64,000 nucleotides of DNA from a virus. How positions within the stretch are numbered: the stretch's first letter is position 1; each line of letters opens with the position of its first letter. The notes under the pieces were generated by a model. The model saw only the letters and a list, made by a program, of their open reading frames with translations. It ran no database searches and was not told the DNA's origin. This document shows, in pieces, positions 56,201-64,000 of this stretch. Location of the stretch: positions 1 to 64,000 of the IMG/VR virus record IMGVR_UViG_3300028588_000016; one strand, 5' to 3'. The position numbers and the translations under genes were made by a program.

Positions 56201-57600
56201 ATTTTCTTTTCATCTGTAGCATTAGGTTCTAAGTTAGTATATTCACCTTTCTTGATCATACTATCTAAAGTACCTTTTCTTGAATTTGTAAATGTATAAA
56301 CAAAGTTAACTGAGTTCTCTAGGTATTCTCTAATAGCATCTAACTTATCAGTTGCAGACTCTGGTAAGTGAACTCGTTTACGGTCAATATGATCGTAATA
56401 CCAATCTTTCCCTTCCTCGTCTTGCTTAACTCTAGTCTTAAGGAAAGAGCTTACTTGTTCGTCTAAGTTATCATAACCTGTACTCATATCGAACATTTCT
56501 TTGAACTCTTTAGCAATACTACCAGACTTCTTAAACTTATAAAGCTTAGAAGTGTCTACAGGTAAAACATGATTAACTCTTTCGATTATATTTTTCTTGT
56601 CACCGTACAAGATTTGTTTTAAAGCGACAGCAGGTTCAGTTTCAAGATCACCAATCTCCATGTTATCGGTATCTGGATCTTTTAAGTAGATAGGATAAAT
56701 GAACATCTCTGCAACCGGAATACCTTTAGACATCATCAGTTGTTGATAAAATGCTAATTGATATTCAGCTTTTAAAGTCTTAGCTCTATCCCATTCACTA
56801 ATACGTTTATATGATGTTTTGAAATCTCCTAAGTAAGCATTACCATTGCTGTCAATACCTACTAAATCGATGATACCTACTATCTTTGTAGCGTCATCGT
56901 GGATAACCATTTCAGCAATAAATTGCATTTTAGGATCACCCGATCTATCAATCATTTCCTTTTTAGCGTCTTCAAGATACTTCACGTATTTAACCATTAA
57001 CTCTAAGTCTAAAGGTTTATCGTGCTTATCAAGTAGTTGTTGAGGATCAGTAATACCATCATTGAAATACATTTGAGCAATACCGTGTAAATCAGTACCC
57101 ATTTTACCAAGTGTTTTCCAACCTGCAATGATATCGTTTACTTGCTCTAATGCCATATTACCTAATTCAACATCTGTAAAATCCTTATTAGCAGGATCGT
57201 TACGTAGTTCCTTAGTTATTAAGTTCTTTTGTCTGGCTGTATAAGCTTTAACGTCTAGTTGACTTATTAAAGGTTTTGCTGTGGCTTTAGTACTAGTTTT
57301 TAAATTATTGATAACAGTAGTTACACCTGTAAATCCTTTACCTGTATTACGAATATTCTCAACTACATCACCGTTAGGAGTTACTCTTGAGATTATATCT
57401 TTATTTTCTTGTTTGATAGCTTTCAATTTAGCCATCGTTTCAGCATATGGATCTAAATCCTTACTAAAGTTAACATCTGATATTTGTGTTGCAGCTTGTA
57501 CTCTATTGTAGTTCTTAGATAAAAAATCATCCAGCTCTTGTTGGGAGCCGAATGATTTAGTTATGCCGTTAAGTTCTATTGTTATATCACAATTTAACAT
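53227..57600 (-). CDS. giant virion cargo protein C with N-terminal PD-(D/E)XK nuclease-like domain
   Basis: 1457 aa; GTDLH, GIIDLV, GDFKTS, YQLAFYQ; hydrophobic segment near the C-terminus; crAss cargo locus. Confidence 0.75.
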   Translation of the reverse strand: MLNCDITIELNGITKSFGSQQELDDFLSKNYNRVQAATQISDVNFSKDLDPYAETMAKLKAIKQENKDIISRVTPNGDVVENIRNTGKGFTGVTTVINNLKTSTKATAKPLISQLDVKAYTARQKNLITKELRNDPANKDFTDVELGNMALEQVNDIIAGWKTLGKMGTDLHGIAQMYFNDGITDPQQLLDKHDKPLDLELMVKYVKYLEDAKKEMIDRSGDPKMQFIAEMVIHDDATKIVGIIDLVGIDSNGNAYLGDFKTSYKRISEWDRAKTLKAEYQLAFYQQLMMSKGIPVAEMFIYPIYLKDPDTDNMEIGDLETEPAVALKQILYGDKKNIIERVNHVLPVDTSKLYKFKKSGSIAKEFKEMFDMSTGYDNLDEQVSSFLKTRVKQDEEGKDWYYDHIDRKRVHLPESATDKLDAIREYLENSVNFVYTFTNSRKGTLDSMIKKGEYTNLEPNATDEKKILLRTAFSRYMDGTWEIQDVPELTGEGVLVFKDKYSGVLEFVATTNLNLKEVKKLTKGTTLLGKFYGDSYLKQEAMFTPLAATEPNFIGLKILNFLNNNYQTVNAAGNSIGLIRVMNPGHDMGMVALDSDSLLANYKELMKKTGNTYNLDKVKKSSFENLLFSQVVHILKDESVDRDELSMIADIKDGLAKESRAEKLRKLKDIQRMWQKNKNVDINNIDYNSPSGMAYSLLNATIIGLQDMNIRPEDDINNVALNRSKMGSTPTELQSASSAINASLRPIKVAMQAMSDNYVKFNAAARKKFAEYYKYKNVSMLAGDHLSAFDNLYVRDADGKINKDFMLKDPYKANSQLDPKEREFVKFLLTTFNNYLRPNKDENETKASGEYFQVPLMRANSVSRSHNKSFLDAVQDKWKNAMNFHHIFEEEQTKNKKASEDMLSFHNTFNFNGNPEARQRLIDEKPLSDFDTNLELILGQLVFTGIRQQVYDEVLPLIHAVRVTSRLISKGFVNKNLVNIDDFIRDYIKVAVFDEKILEEAHEKVAPYVGLAKGLVTTFQLGLSPLNLVKETLQGQINNAIKLMADQYGKGTASMANYRKALNYVISDAPDFFNNVTMIEELNHLYGVANMDRHQLAEKMVQSKQGFTQWHSRWMLWASGAPDYLNRMSLFVAQMMEDGTFDAHSMVDGVLVYDWKKDKRFADYAAGRKSSPNYNKQRALYLAVLAEHNKDSSMLNGVQLQEGDALPRAYTTQEQQSLKMFSDYVHGPFDHENKIMIHHTLLGSLFAQFRTWLTAKKQQYTMAGDKYQVGSWEHAKDLDGSLLYLRYDDKGIAEYTTEVTDVPYMAWKGRFMEGLYQSIVRTYSEFKKSDRSIEDLFNFLKQDETIKGNFKMMSYDLMMFALISLMLKGLIDWGELKKDSPMSATVLNAAINSTSDLNPWANIKAAVDPKSLAATVSTITKTTEDVFGLLTGDSSFKTVIRNAGIGRTITDIAGQAK

Positions 57601-60600
57601 TTAATTTGCAAGTTTTTATTATTCATTAATAGTTTCTTTAATTCTTGTACATCCTGACTCGGCGCTTTATAGAAGTTTATAGTATAGTCTCCAAAGTTTT
57701 CTACTACCTCGAACTCTAAATCTGGAAATAGTTCTTTCAACTTAGGTACATTTCTGTACATTTCGTTTTCTGTACCTTCCATCTGAATTCCTAGTCTAGA
57801 TGCAAACTTAGTAACTGAGTCAACAGCATCCTTTTCTATTTCGGTACTACCTACACTATGTATAGATTGAACTTGACTAGGAGATATCACTCTATAACTA
57901 TCTCCGACTTTCTCAATATTACCTTTAAGGTAAACAAGTTTTGTATTATCGGCTATAGTTGAAACTGGTTGATATATAAACTTTTCTAAAGTAGGTAAGA
58001 ATAAAGCGGGTTCTCCATCTTCAGCTTTAACAAAATAAGATTTAGCAGCTTCATTATTGAATGCTTCAGATTTCGTTTTTAACCAATGTTTCGATGCTTC
58101 TGCTTCACTAAAACCTAAAGATAATAGTTTCGTATACAAACTAGATTTTCTACCGTCAGCGGCTCTTAAATAAGTTCCGTCTTCTAGCGTTTCTTGTTTG
58201 ATATTGTTTACTTCTACAGCAGGTATGAACTCTCCAGTTAACATTGATTTACCAAAATGATTCTGAATCTCTTCAAAAGACATATTCATAATTTCATAGT
58301 TACCTAGTTCAAAGAATGACCTGTTGTTAATGCCGAATAGTTCAGCTAAGAAATTCTTAATAGAGTTATAAACATCGCCTAAGAAGCTTCTATTATCAGA
58401 CTCCCACTTCTTAGTTAACTCATTACCTATTCTACCGTTAAACATTTCTCCTAAGGTTGTAACGAATACTTCCTCAGCTTGTCTGTTTTGATCTAGATTT
58501 GGATAATGTTTAGCTATATTGTCGAATTGCGGATGTGCTGCAAATTTACTAATAATAGTTTGATATAAAGAATTATTGCTTGACTTTAATCCCTGCATAA
58601 TTATGTGACCTAATTCGTGTATAGGTTCAGCTAATGATGCTTTATCTGTATTTAAGAATACTTGATTACCGTATACAAAAGCTCTTTGCTCAGAATATAA
58701 TAAGGTAGCATTAGGATCTAAATCGAATTGTTCAGCTATCTCTTCTGTACTTAATAAGTTCATTTTGATACCGTACATTCCTTCTAATTTAGAAGCTAAT
58801 CCAGTTAGTAATTGCTTACTGGCTTTTGCAGATTTAACAAATGATTTCTTATCAGTAGATGTAAAGTCTTTAGAAAAAGGAGCTTCGTTATCTACTTGAG
58901 TAGTAGCTACACTATTACCTTTAACAGCCATAGTTGTATGTTTGTCTACTAAACTTTTAGCACCGTTCTTAGCCCTACCTTTAAATGAGAAACCAATATT
59001 TGTAATGCTATCTAATCCTGTTTTCTGTCCTTTCTTCTTGTAGATCTCTACAGTACTTCTAGTGATCTTCTGATCTGCTCTGTTTAAGAAACTCTTCTCT
59101 AAAACTATTGAGTTAGTATTCTTAACTACTACTATTCCTTCATAATAACGATTGCCATTATCAGTAGAATACTGACGAGTCATCATATCTCCAACTTGAA
59201 GATCGTTCCAAAGTTCATCAGTATCAGATTTAGCAATAGCATCTTTAGATAAGTAATTATAAGGATTATAATCAGATCTTAAGTTGTTAGTCTTAGTGTG
59301 TTTAAGTACGTAACGCTTAGTTGATTTAACACCTTTATCAGGTGGTGTAAATGATATTTTTTCATCAGGATATACATATTGAGTAGCTACTTCATAATTA
59401 AGTAAATTCTTAGATTTCTTTAATGCTTCTGCAGCTGCTAATGTTTCAAACGTTTGATAAGATTTAGACTTAATAAAATCCTCTCTAGCGTTATCAATTT
59501 TTCTAGTTATCTCTTTATTCGCTCTTAATCCTAATTCTTCGTTATCGACTAGATTATGACCAATACCGAGGATTTTCTCAACAGGTACAGTTTCAATTTT
59601 ATACCACGCAGACGGCATAGAATGCGAGATCTTACCACCAGGAAGCATTGTAACTTTAGGCTTATTAGATTTAATCTGATGTCCTACAACAGGTCTTCCC
59701 GTTACTTCATCGAAATCTAAGACTACAGCAGTACCATAAGGAAATGCAGGATCATTAGACTCAATCATAACAATATCTCCTCTATTTACAGAAGCTACTT
59801 TCTTAAACTTATAGTCTACGTTCTCGTCACCTGTAAATAACTCTGTATGATATAGTTCTTTAACTGATGTGAATGAGTTTGTTTTTACAAAGTCACCATC
59901 TTCATTAAAGATTTCTTGTTTATTCTGGAATAATAGGTAAGTAAGATTAGCTGGAACAGTCTCCCCTTTTTTAAGGATATCTCTTAACTTCATCTTATTC
60001 TCGAAGTTAATAGTTGCTGTTTTCTTAATATTAGCAAAATTAGCAATTACGGCTTTATTGTTGTTATCTCCAAACTCAGATTTGAAATTCTTAACAACGT
60101 TACCGTGATTCTCTTCTAATATTAACATTCCGTTAATCAGACGTTTCTCTACTATACGTATTTTGTTATCCTTGTCAAGTGTTTCTAACGCATCTCCTAA
60201 AGGACGTAATACGGTAAAGTATTCGTATTCCTTTTTAGCTTTAGGATCTTCATTGTATTTAACAACTTGTACAAGATCATTAGGACCGGCATCTCTAAAG
60301 AATAATAGTGATTCTCTTCTAGGTAAGAAGAATGATTTACCTTCATTGTGTGCAAATACGTTGAATTTAGCGCCATCTTTATAAAGTATTTCTTTAGTAA
60401 ATTGTTTTTCATCTACATTCTTACCTTTAAAATAACTAGCAACATTCTTCTTATTCTCCATAATAGAACGTTTAACAGCAGCAGGAATCTGTTTAGCTGT
60501 ATAACGAATATTACCGTAGAACTTACGATATCCTTGAATGTTTTCTTTAGATACGTGACGAGGTCCACTTTGAGTAGCTACTACGAAGAATGTTTGTCCA

Positions 60601-62351
60601 ACTTGTTTATTGTAATAGTTGTAAATAATAGGAGAATATCCTGTTTTCTCTAAGTCTTGTACCCAATTACCAGAAGCATCTTTCTTCATCATGTTATAAC
60701 GTATGATGTCATTCTGACCAAGTCTGAATAAAGAGGCATCGTTACCTGCTAAGGTTTCACTAGGGCCTAATGTTTTAACAGGTTCGCCGTAATTGTTAAT
60801 ATAACGTGCATAGTTAGAACCTCCTAATGTGGCATTCTTACTAGTCGCTTCAAAGAAGTTACGCCATATTTTATTGTTAGCTGTCATTACTTGCTCTGGT
60901 GTGAATGCAGGTAATTCTGTAACTTGTTGATATATTGCTGGATCAATTACACGAGCAAAGTATGCACCGTTAAATCGTATCTCTTCTATGTTACCGTTCT
61001 CTAAATCCTTAAATCTATATATTAGTTTATCAATTATTTGATTGTTACTATCATAAATTTCTAAACGATAACCTCCATCTTCTTCTGCAACTTTTTGTGC
61101 AAAGTAAGTATTATCGTCTCCTTTAAACTTAATATCAACAGTATCTAAAATTTGAAGATTATCCCAATCACGTTTAATATTACTTAAAGCTCTTTCTGCT
61201 TCCTCAACACTTTGTTCTTCACCTTCAACTCCACTTATTCTTGCAATATAATCTTGTAAATCAGAATAGCTTTTAGGGTTGAATTGAGCTATTCTAGGTT
61301 CAGGAGTCTTTTCTACAGCACTTACATTAGGAGTAATTAGTTGAAGATTATCGTATTGATTAAGTACCTCACGTAACGTAGAACCTATTTTAACTTTTAA
61401 ACCCAATAAGTCTTTAACCCATTTGAAGATTCGAGTTAGAACACTTCCTGTATTACGCTCTCCTTGAAAAGGTATTTGATTAAGCTTATTAGCAAATGCT
61501 TTATCTGTAAGTGCATAAGCAAAGATTTCTTTCATACCGTAAGCAGCTATTTCTTCGTTTGTACCAAATTTAGCTTTCTTCTTACCCTCAATTATACTAT
61601 TGTAAACATCGGTAAAATGCTTTGAATCAGCATCTTCTGCATGCTTACGTGCATGAATTGAATCGAAAATAGGCATCAATGCATCTAGAAAACCTACTCT
61701 ATCTTTACGTGCCCATTCATCAAGTTTACGATTAACTTTATAATGTACCATTTCATGAGCTAATACTTTAGCCACTTCGTGATCATCATTAAGCACATCT
61801 AAATCTCCATCATTCTTACCTGTGTAGACTTTAATAGTATCAACAGAACCTGGTGCTCCCATTATAAAAACACCAAAAGCCGAGTCAATATCATCATCAG
61901 GATTACCTGTTGGATTATATTTCTCAGCTTGAAAATGAATTGCAGGAAGATTTAAATCCTCTCCCTCTAACAAGTTTTTCATTAAACCTGCGTACGGGTG
62001 AGTAGCCACTTCTAAATGGGCTTTAAGATCTGATAATTTAACATTACCGTCATGCTTCTTTTTATTAGTCTCTGCTTGTATTCCTACAGGCGAGTTAGTA
62101 AGTGCAGGTGGTAATTGAGTAATCTCAATAGGTTGAAATATGTTTTGAGGTTTAGTTAACTCCGCTACAGTTTCGTATAACTGGTGTGCCGGATCACTCA
62201 ATGCGTTAGTCATAACGTCTTTAATCTGGCGTTTTAAGTCTTTGTTTAACTCTTCTGGAGTTAGATTTTCGTCAACCAAGAGTTTAGGAACCGTAAATGT
62301 CTTACGGTTCCCATCTTGGTAGTACGCTATCTCGTAGTCGCAATTTTTCAT
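57594..62351 (-). CDS. giant virion cargo protein B with two zincin-like HExxH domains
   Basis: 1585 aa; AHEMVH..KEIFA and IHELGH..EEVFV. Confidence 0.75.
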   Translation of the reverse strand: MKNCDYEIAYYQDGNRKTFTVPKLLVDENLTPEELNKDLKRQIKDVMTNALSDPAHQLYETVAELTKPQNIFQPIEITQLPPALTNSPVGIQAETNKKKHDGNVKLSDLKAHLEVATHPYAGLMKNLLEGEDLNLPAIHFQAEKYNPTGNPDDDIDSAFGVFIMGAPGSVDTIKVYTGKNDGDLDVLNDDHEVAKVLAHEMVHYKVNRKLDEWARKDRVGFLDALMPIFDSIHARKHAEDADSKHFTDVYNSIIEGKKKAKFGTNEEIAAYGMKEIFAYALTDKAFANKLNQIPFQGERNTGSVLTRIFKWVKDLLGLKVKIGSTLREVLNQYDNLQLITPNVSAVEKTPEPRIAQFNPKSYSDLQDYIARISGVEGEEQSVEEAERALSNIKRDWDNLQILDTVDIKFKGDDNTYFAQKVAEEDGGYRLEIYDSNNQIIDKLIYRFKDLENGNIEEIRFNGAYFARVIDPAIYQQVTELPAFTPEQVMTANNKIWRNFFEATSKNATLGGSNYARYINNYGEPVKTLGPSETLAGNDASLFRLGQNDIIRYNMMKKDASGNWVQDLEKTGYSPIIYNYYNKQVGQTFFVVATQSGPRHVSKENIQGYRKFYGNIRYTAKQIPAAVKRSIMENKKNVASYFKGKNVDEKQFTKEILYKDGAKFNVFAHNEGKSFFLPRRESLLFFRDAGPNDLVQVVKYNEDPKAKKEYEYFTVLRPLGDALETLDKDNKIRIVEKRLINGMLILEENHGNVVKNFKSEFGDNNNKAVIANFANIKKTATINFENKMKLRDILKKGETVPANLTYLLFQNKQEIFNEDGDFVKTNSFTSVKELYHTELFTGDENVDYKFKKVASVNRGDIVMIESNDPAFPYGTAVVLDFDEVTGRPVVGHQIKSNKPKVTMLPGGKISHSMPSAWYKIETVPVEKILGIGHNLVDNEELGLRANKEITRKIDNAREDFIKSKSYQTFETLAAAEALKKSKNLLNYEVATQYVYPDEKISFTPPDKGVKSTKRYVLKHTKTNNLRSDYNPYNYLSKDAIAKSDTDELWNDLQVGDMMTRQYSTDNGNRYYEGIVVVKNTNSIVLEKSFLNRADQKITRSTVEIYKKKGQKTGLDSITNIGFSFKGRAKNGAKSLVDKHTTMAVKGNSVATTQVDNEAPFSKDFTSTDKKSFVKSAKASKQLLTGLASKLEGMYGIKMNLLSTEEIAEQFDLDPNATLLYSEQRAFVYGNQVFLNTDKASLAEPIHELGHIIMQGLKSSNNSLYQTIISKFAAHPQFDNIAKHYPNLDQNRQAEEVFVTTLGEMFNGRIGNELTKKWESDNRSFLGDVYNSIKNFLAELFGINNRSFFELGNYEIMNMSFEEIQNHFGKSMLTGEFIPAVEVNNIKQETLEDGTYLRAADGRKSSLYTKLLSLGFSEAEASKHWLKTKSEAFNNEAAKSYFVKAEDGEPALFLPTLEKFIYQPVSTIADNTKLVYLKGNIEKVGDSYRVISPSQVQSIHSVGSTEIEKDAVDSVTKFASRLGIQMEGTENEMYRNVPKLKELFPDLEFEVVENFGDYTINFYKAPSQDVQELKKLLMNNKNLQIKC

Positions 62352-62354
62352 TTA

Positions 62355-64000
62355 TTAGCAATCAAGTTGTTTTATTTCTATGTGTTCTAAGAAATTGTTA
62401 AGTCGATTCATTTTAATCTTGTGCTTGTTATCTATGCTTAGATTTCTAAGATTAGATCCTCCATTTGAGATATTAATAACTTTCTCACCGTATACTTGCG
62501 GTTCTAGAGGAGTATAAGTCTCACCGTCTAAATAGAATAATACTGTGTCAGATGTTTCAGTTTCAGCATTGAAAACCTTCTTACCCACAAACTTAGGGTT
62601 AATTCCGTTCTCTTTGTACTTCGGTAAAACATCAACGATTTGTACTAAACCTTTAGCGGCTAAATCTTCACTTTGATAATGTTGCTGATCTGTAAGGATT
62701 ACATCACTCCAATCTAATTCAGACTGGAACTTGTTAAACTGTGTCATTACAGAGTCGTTGTTAAAATTCTCGCTAACTGCATCAAATAGTCTATTAAACG
62801 ATTGACCGTTAGATTTGTTCTTGTTAACAATTAAGTTATACAAATATAACAAATCTAATAGAGATTTACCTCCATAACTGTAATTTTTTAATGTAGCGAA
62901 AGAACCTACTAATGTATCCATTAGAATCTTTTCATCTTCTTTAAGATTACCTGTCATGTTAATAGGCAACTTATAGAACGTGTAGTTTTTACCTAACACT
63001 CTATCTTTTCTACTATCAACTGTTAATTGCTGTAGTAAAGTGTTACCTTTTAAGAACTCATTAGGAGTTTCAATAGTATTATTGTCAGCGTCTTTTATGA
63101 TACCTGCTTTTAAATCAGGAATTACAGTTCTCTCAAACCAATCTACAAAGTTCTCACGTCCTTCAATAGATCCTAATTCAATAGTTTTATCAGCAGTTAA
63201 TGCGTCTTCATCAGTTGTATAATCACCTTTCTTAAGAGTAAATCTTAAATCAGATGCACCCAAGAAGTTAGCAATCATAACATCATCAACAAATCTAGAT
63301 AACATACCGTGTTGATTTCTATTTAAAGGTAATCCGTTAAACGCATCTTTAAAGTCACTCTCGATAGCTTTAATAGTTCTACTTTTAACTGAGAATTTAG
63401 ATTTAGTGTAATCAGTAATAACCGCTAAAGAGAACATCTTAAAGAAGTGATCGTTCTTAGCAAGTACTCCAAGTACGTTAATACCTGTGCCGTTGTAAGA
63501 CTTGATTATGTTTTCTCTAAAGTTTTGATCATTAATGAACTTATAGAAATCGTCTATATCGTTAAGTGATTCAGCATATCTAGGTTCTTTTAAATCCTCG
63601 TCTTCTACTTCGATTACCTTATCTTCCATAAAGTTTGTTATACCTCGGAAGTATCTGTAAAGATCAGCATCAGTTACTTTAATAGATTGATTAATACTTA
63701 AAAGTTTACCTAACATATCGAAGTCTTCACGAGAGTCTAGTAACTCTTTAAGTACTTCAAATACTTCATTATCAATACGCGCAGGTATTAATTTACGAGT
63801 AGCATCGTTATAACGATTATAAGCAACAGCTGCATTAATAGCTTTATCTTTCTTAGTAGCTCTAGGTGCATAATCTTGATCCATTTCACTACCTTCAATG
63901 AAGGCTTCGTCATTCATACCCATATCTTGCTCCATTTCAAAAGAAGTTTCTGATTCTTGGAAAGCTTCTGACGCTTCTTGACTCAATAAAGCAAGTTGTT
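62355..64000 (-). CDS. C-terminal part of giant virion cargo protein A (possibly the RNA polymerase-bearing protein), 5'-truncated
   Basis: Frame stays open past the 63986 TTG to the window edge; LYLYNLIVNK motif; no catalytic DxDxD visible. Confidence 0.65.
   Translation of the reverse strand, partial: QLALLSQEASEAFQESETSFEMEQDMGMNDEAFIEGSEMDQDYAPRATKKDKAINAAVAYNRYNDATRKLIPARIDNEVFEVLKELLDSREDFDMLGKLLSINQSIKVTDADLYRYFRGITNFMEDKVIEVEDEDLKEPRYAESLNDIDDFYKFINDQNFRENIIKSYNGTGINVLGVLAKNDHFFKMFSLAVITDYTKSKFSVKSRTIKAIESDFKDAFNGLPLNRNQHGMLSRFVDDVMIANFLGASDLRFTLKKGDYTTDEDALTADKTIELGSIEGRENFVDWFERTVIPDLKAGIIKDADNNTIETPNEFLKGNTLLQQLTVDSRKDRVLGKNYTFYKLPINMTGNLKEDEKILMDTLVGSFATLKNYSYGGKSLLDLLYLYNLIVNKNKSNGQSFNRLFDAVSENFNNDSVMTQFNKFQSELDWSDVILTDQQHYQSEDLAAKGLVQIVDVLPKYKENGINPKFVGKKVFNAETETSDTVLFYLDGETYTPLEPQVYGEKVINISNGGSNLRNLSIDNKHKIKMNRLNNFLEHIEIKQLDC

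Noticed and set aside
62349-62360. Read-through fusion of cargo proteins A and B, which are in the same frame
   Set aside because: Two consecutive TAA codons separate them, which argues for enforced termination.
584-63222. Short opposite-strand ORFs in the track (e.g. 584..850, 4062..4619, 11701..12195, 19036..19653, 53198..53539)
   Set aside because: They lie antisense within well-supported genes and have no recognisable motifs; treated as shadow ORFs.
1-64000. Stop-codon recoding (TAG or TGA) as in some Crassvirales
   Set aside because: Long conserved genes are intact under code 11, and TAG ends terD, the HAD gene, dnaB and nrdA at their expected C-termini.
1-64000. tRNA genes, CRISPR arrays, integrase or IS elements
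   Set aside because: No cloverleaf T-loop signature, regular repeat-spacer array or recombinase/transposase motif seen by eye; tRNAscan-SE and a CRISPR finder would be decisive.
62355-64000. Calling protein A the virion RNA polymerase
   Set aside because: The catalytic DxDxD region is not in the window; only locus position supports the call.

Overview
This AT-rich window is part of a Crassvirales-like (crAss/phi14:2-like) dsDNA phage genome in the standard genetic code, probably infecting a Bacteroidota host: leaders are A-rich without Shine-Dalgarno sites and TAnnTTTG promoters are present. Bases 1-53.2 kb are a dense + strand early/middle region. It holds a five-gene Ter cassette (TerD, HAD, PRTase, vWA, TerC) and the crAss-type replisome (PolB, SF2 helicase, DnaB, primase, SSB-like, resolvase, ligase). 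It also holds nucleotide-pool enzymes (class Ia RNR, ThyX, MazG, DUF5664-HAD, NDT-like), a NAMPT plus PRPP-synthetase pair (NARP1-like), a spore-photoproduct-lyase-family radical SAM, tRNA-related enzymes (Pth2, CCA-type enzyme, PNK-type phosphatase) and an orphan MazF/PemK-like gene. Bases 53.2-64 kb carry three giant - strand virion cargo genes, the first cut by the window edge. The strongest unexplained signal is that these three proteins (about 3,590 visible residues) contain only four cysteines by my read. Each is the last residue of one protein or residue 4 of the next, which suggests a head-to-tail covalent chain of ejected proteins. Other leads are a repeated 15-nt intergenic motif and a pseudoknotted RNA element in the NAD operon. 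No tools were run: products come from motif recognition and need HMM or structure confirmation.
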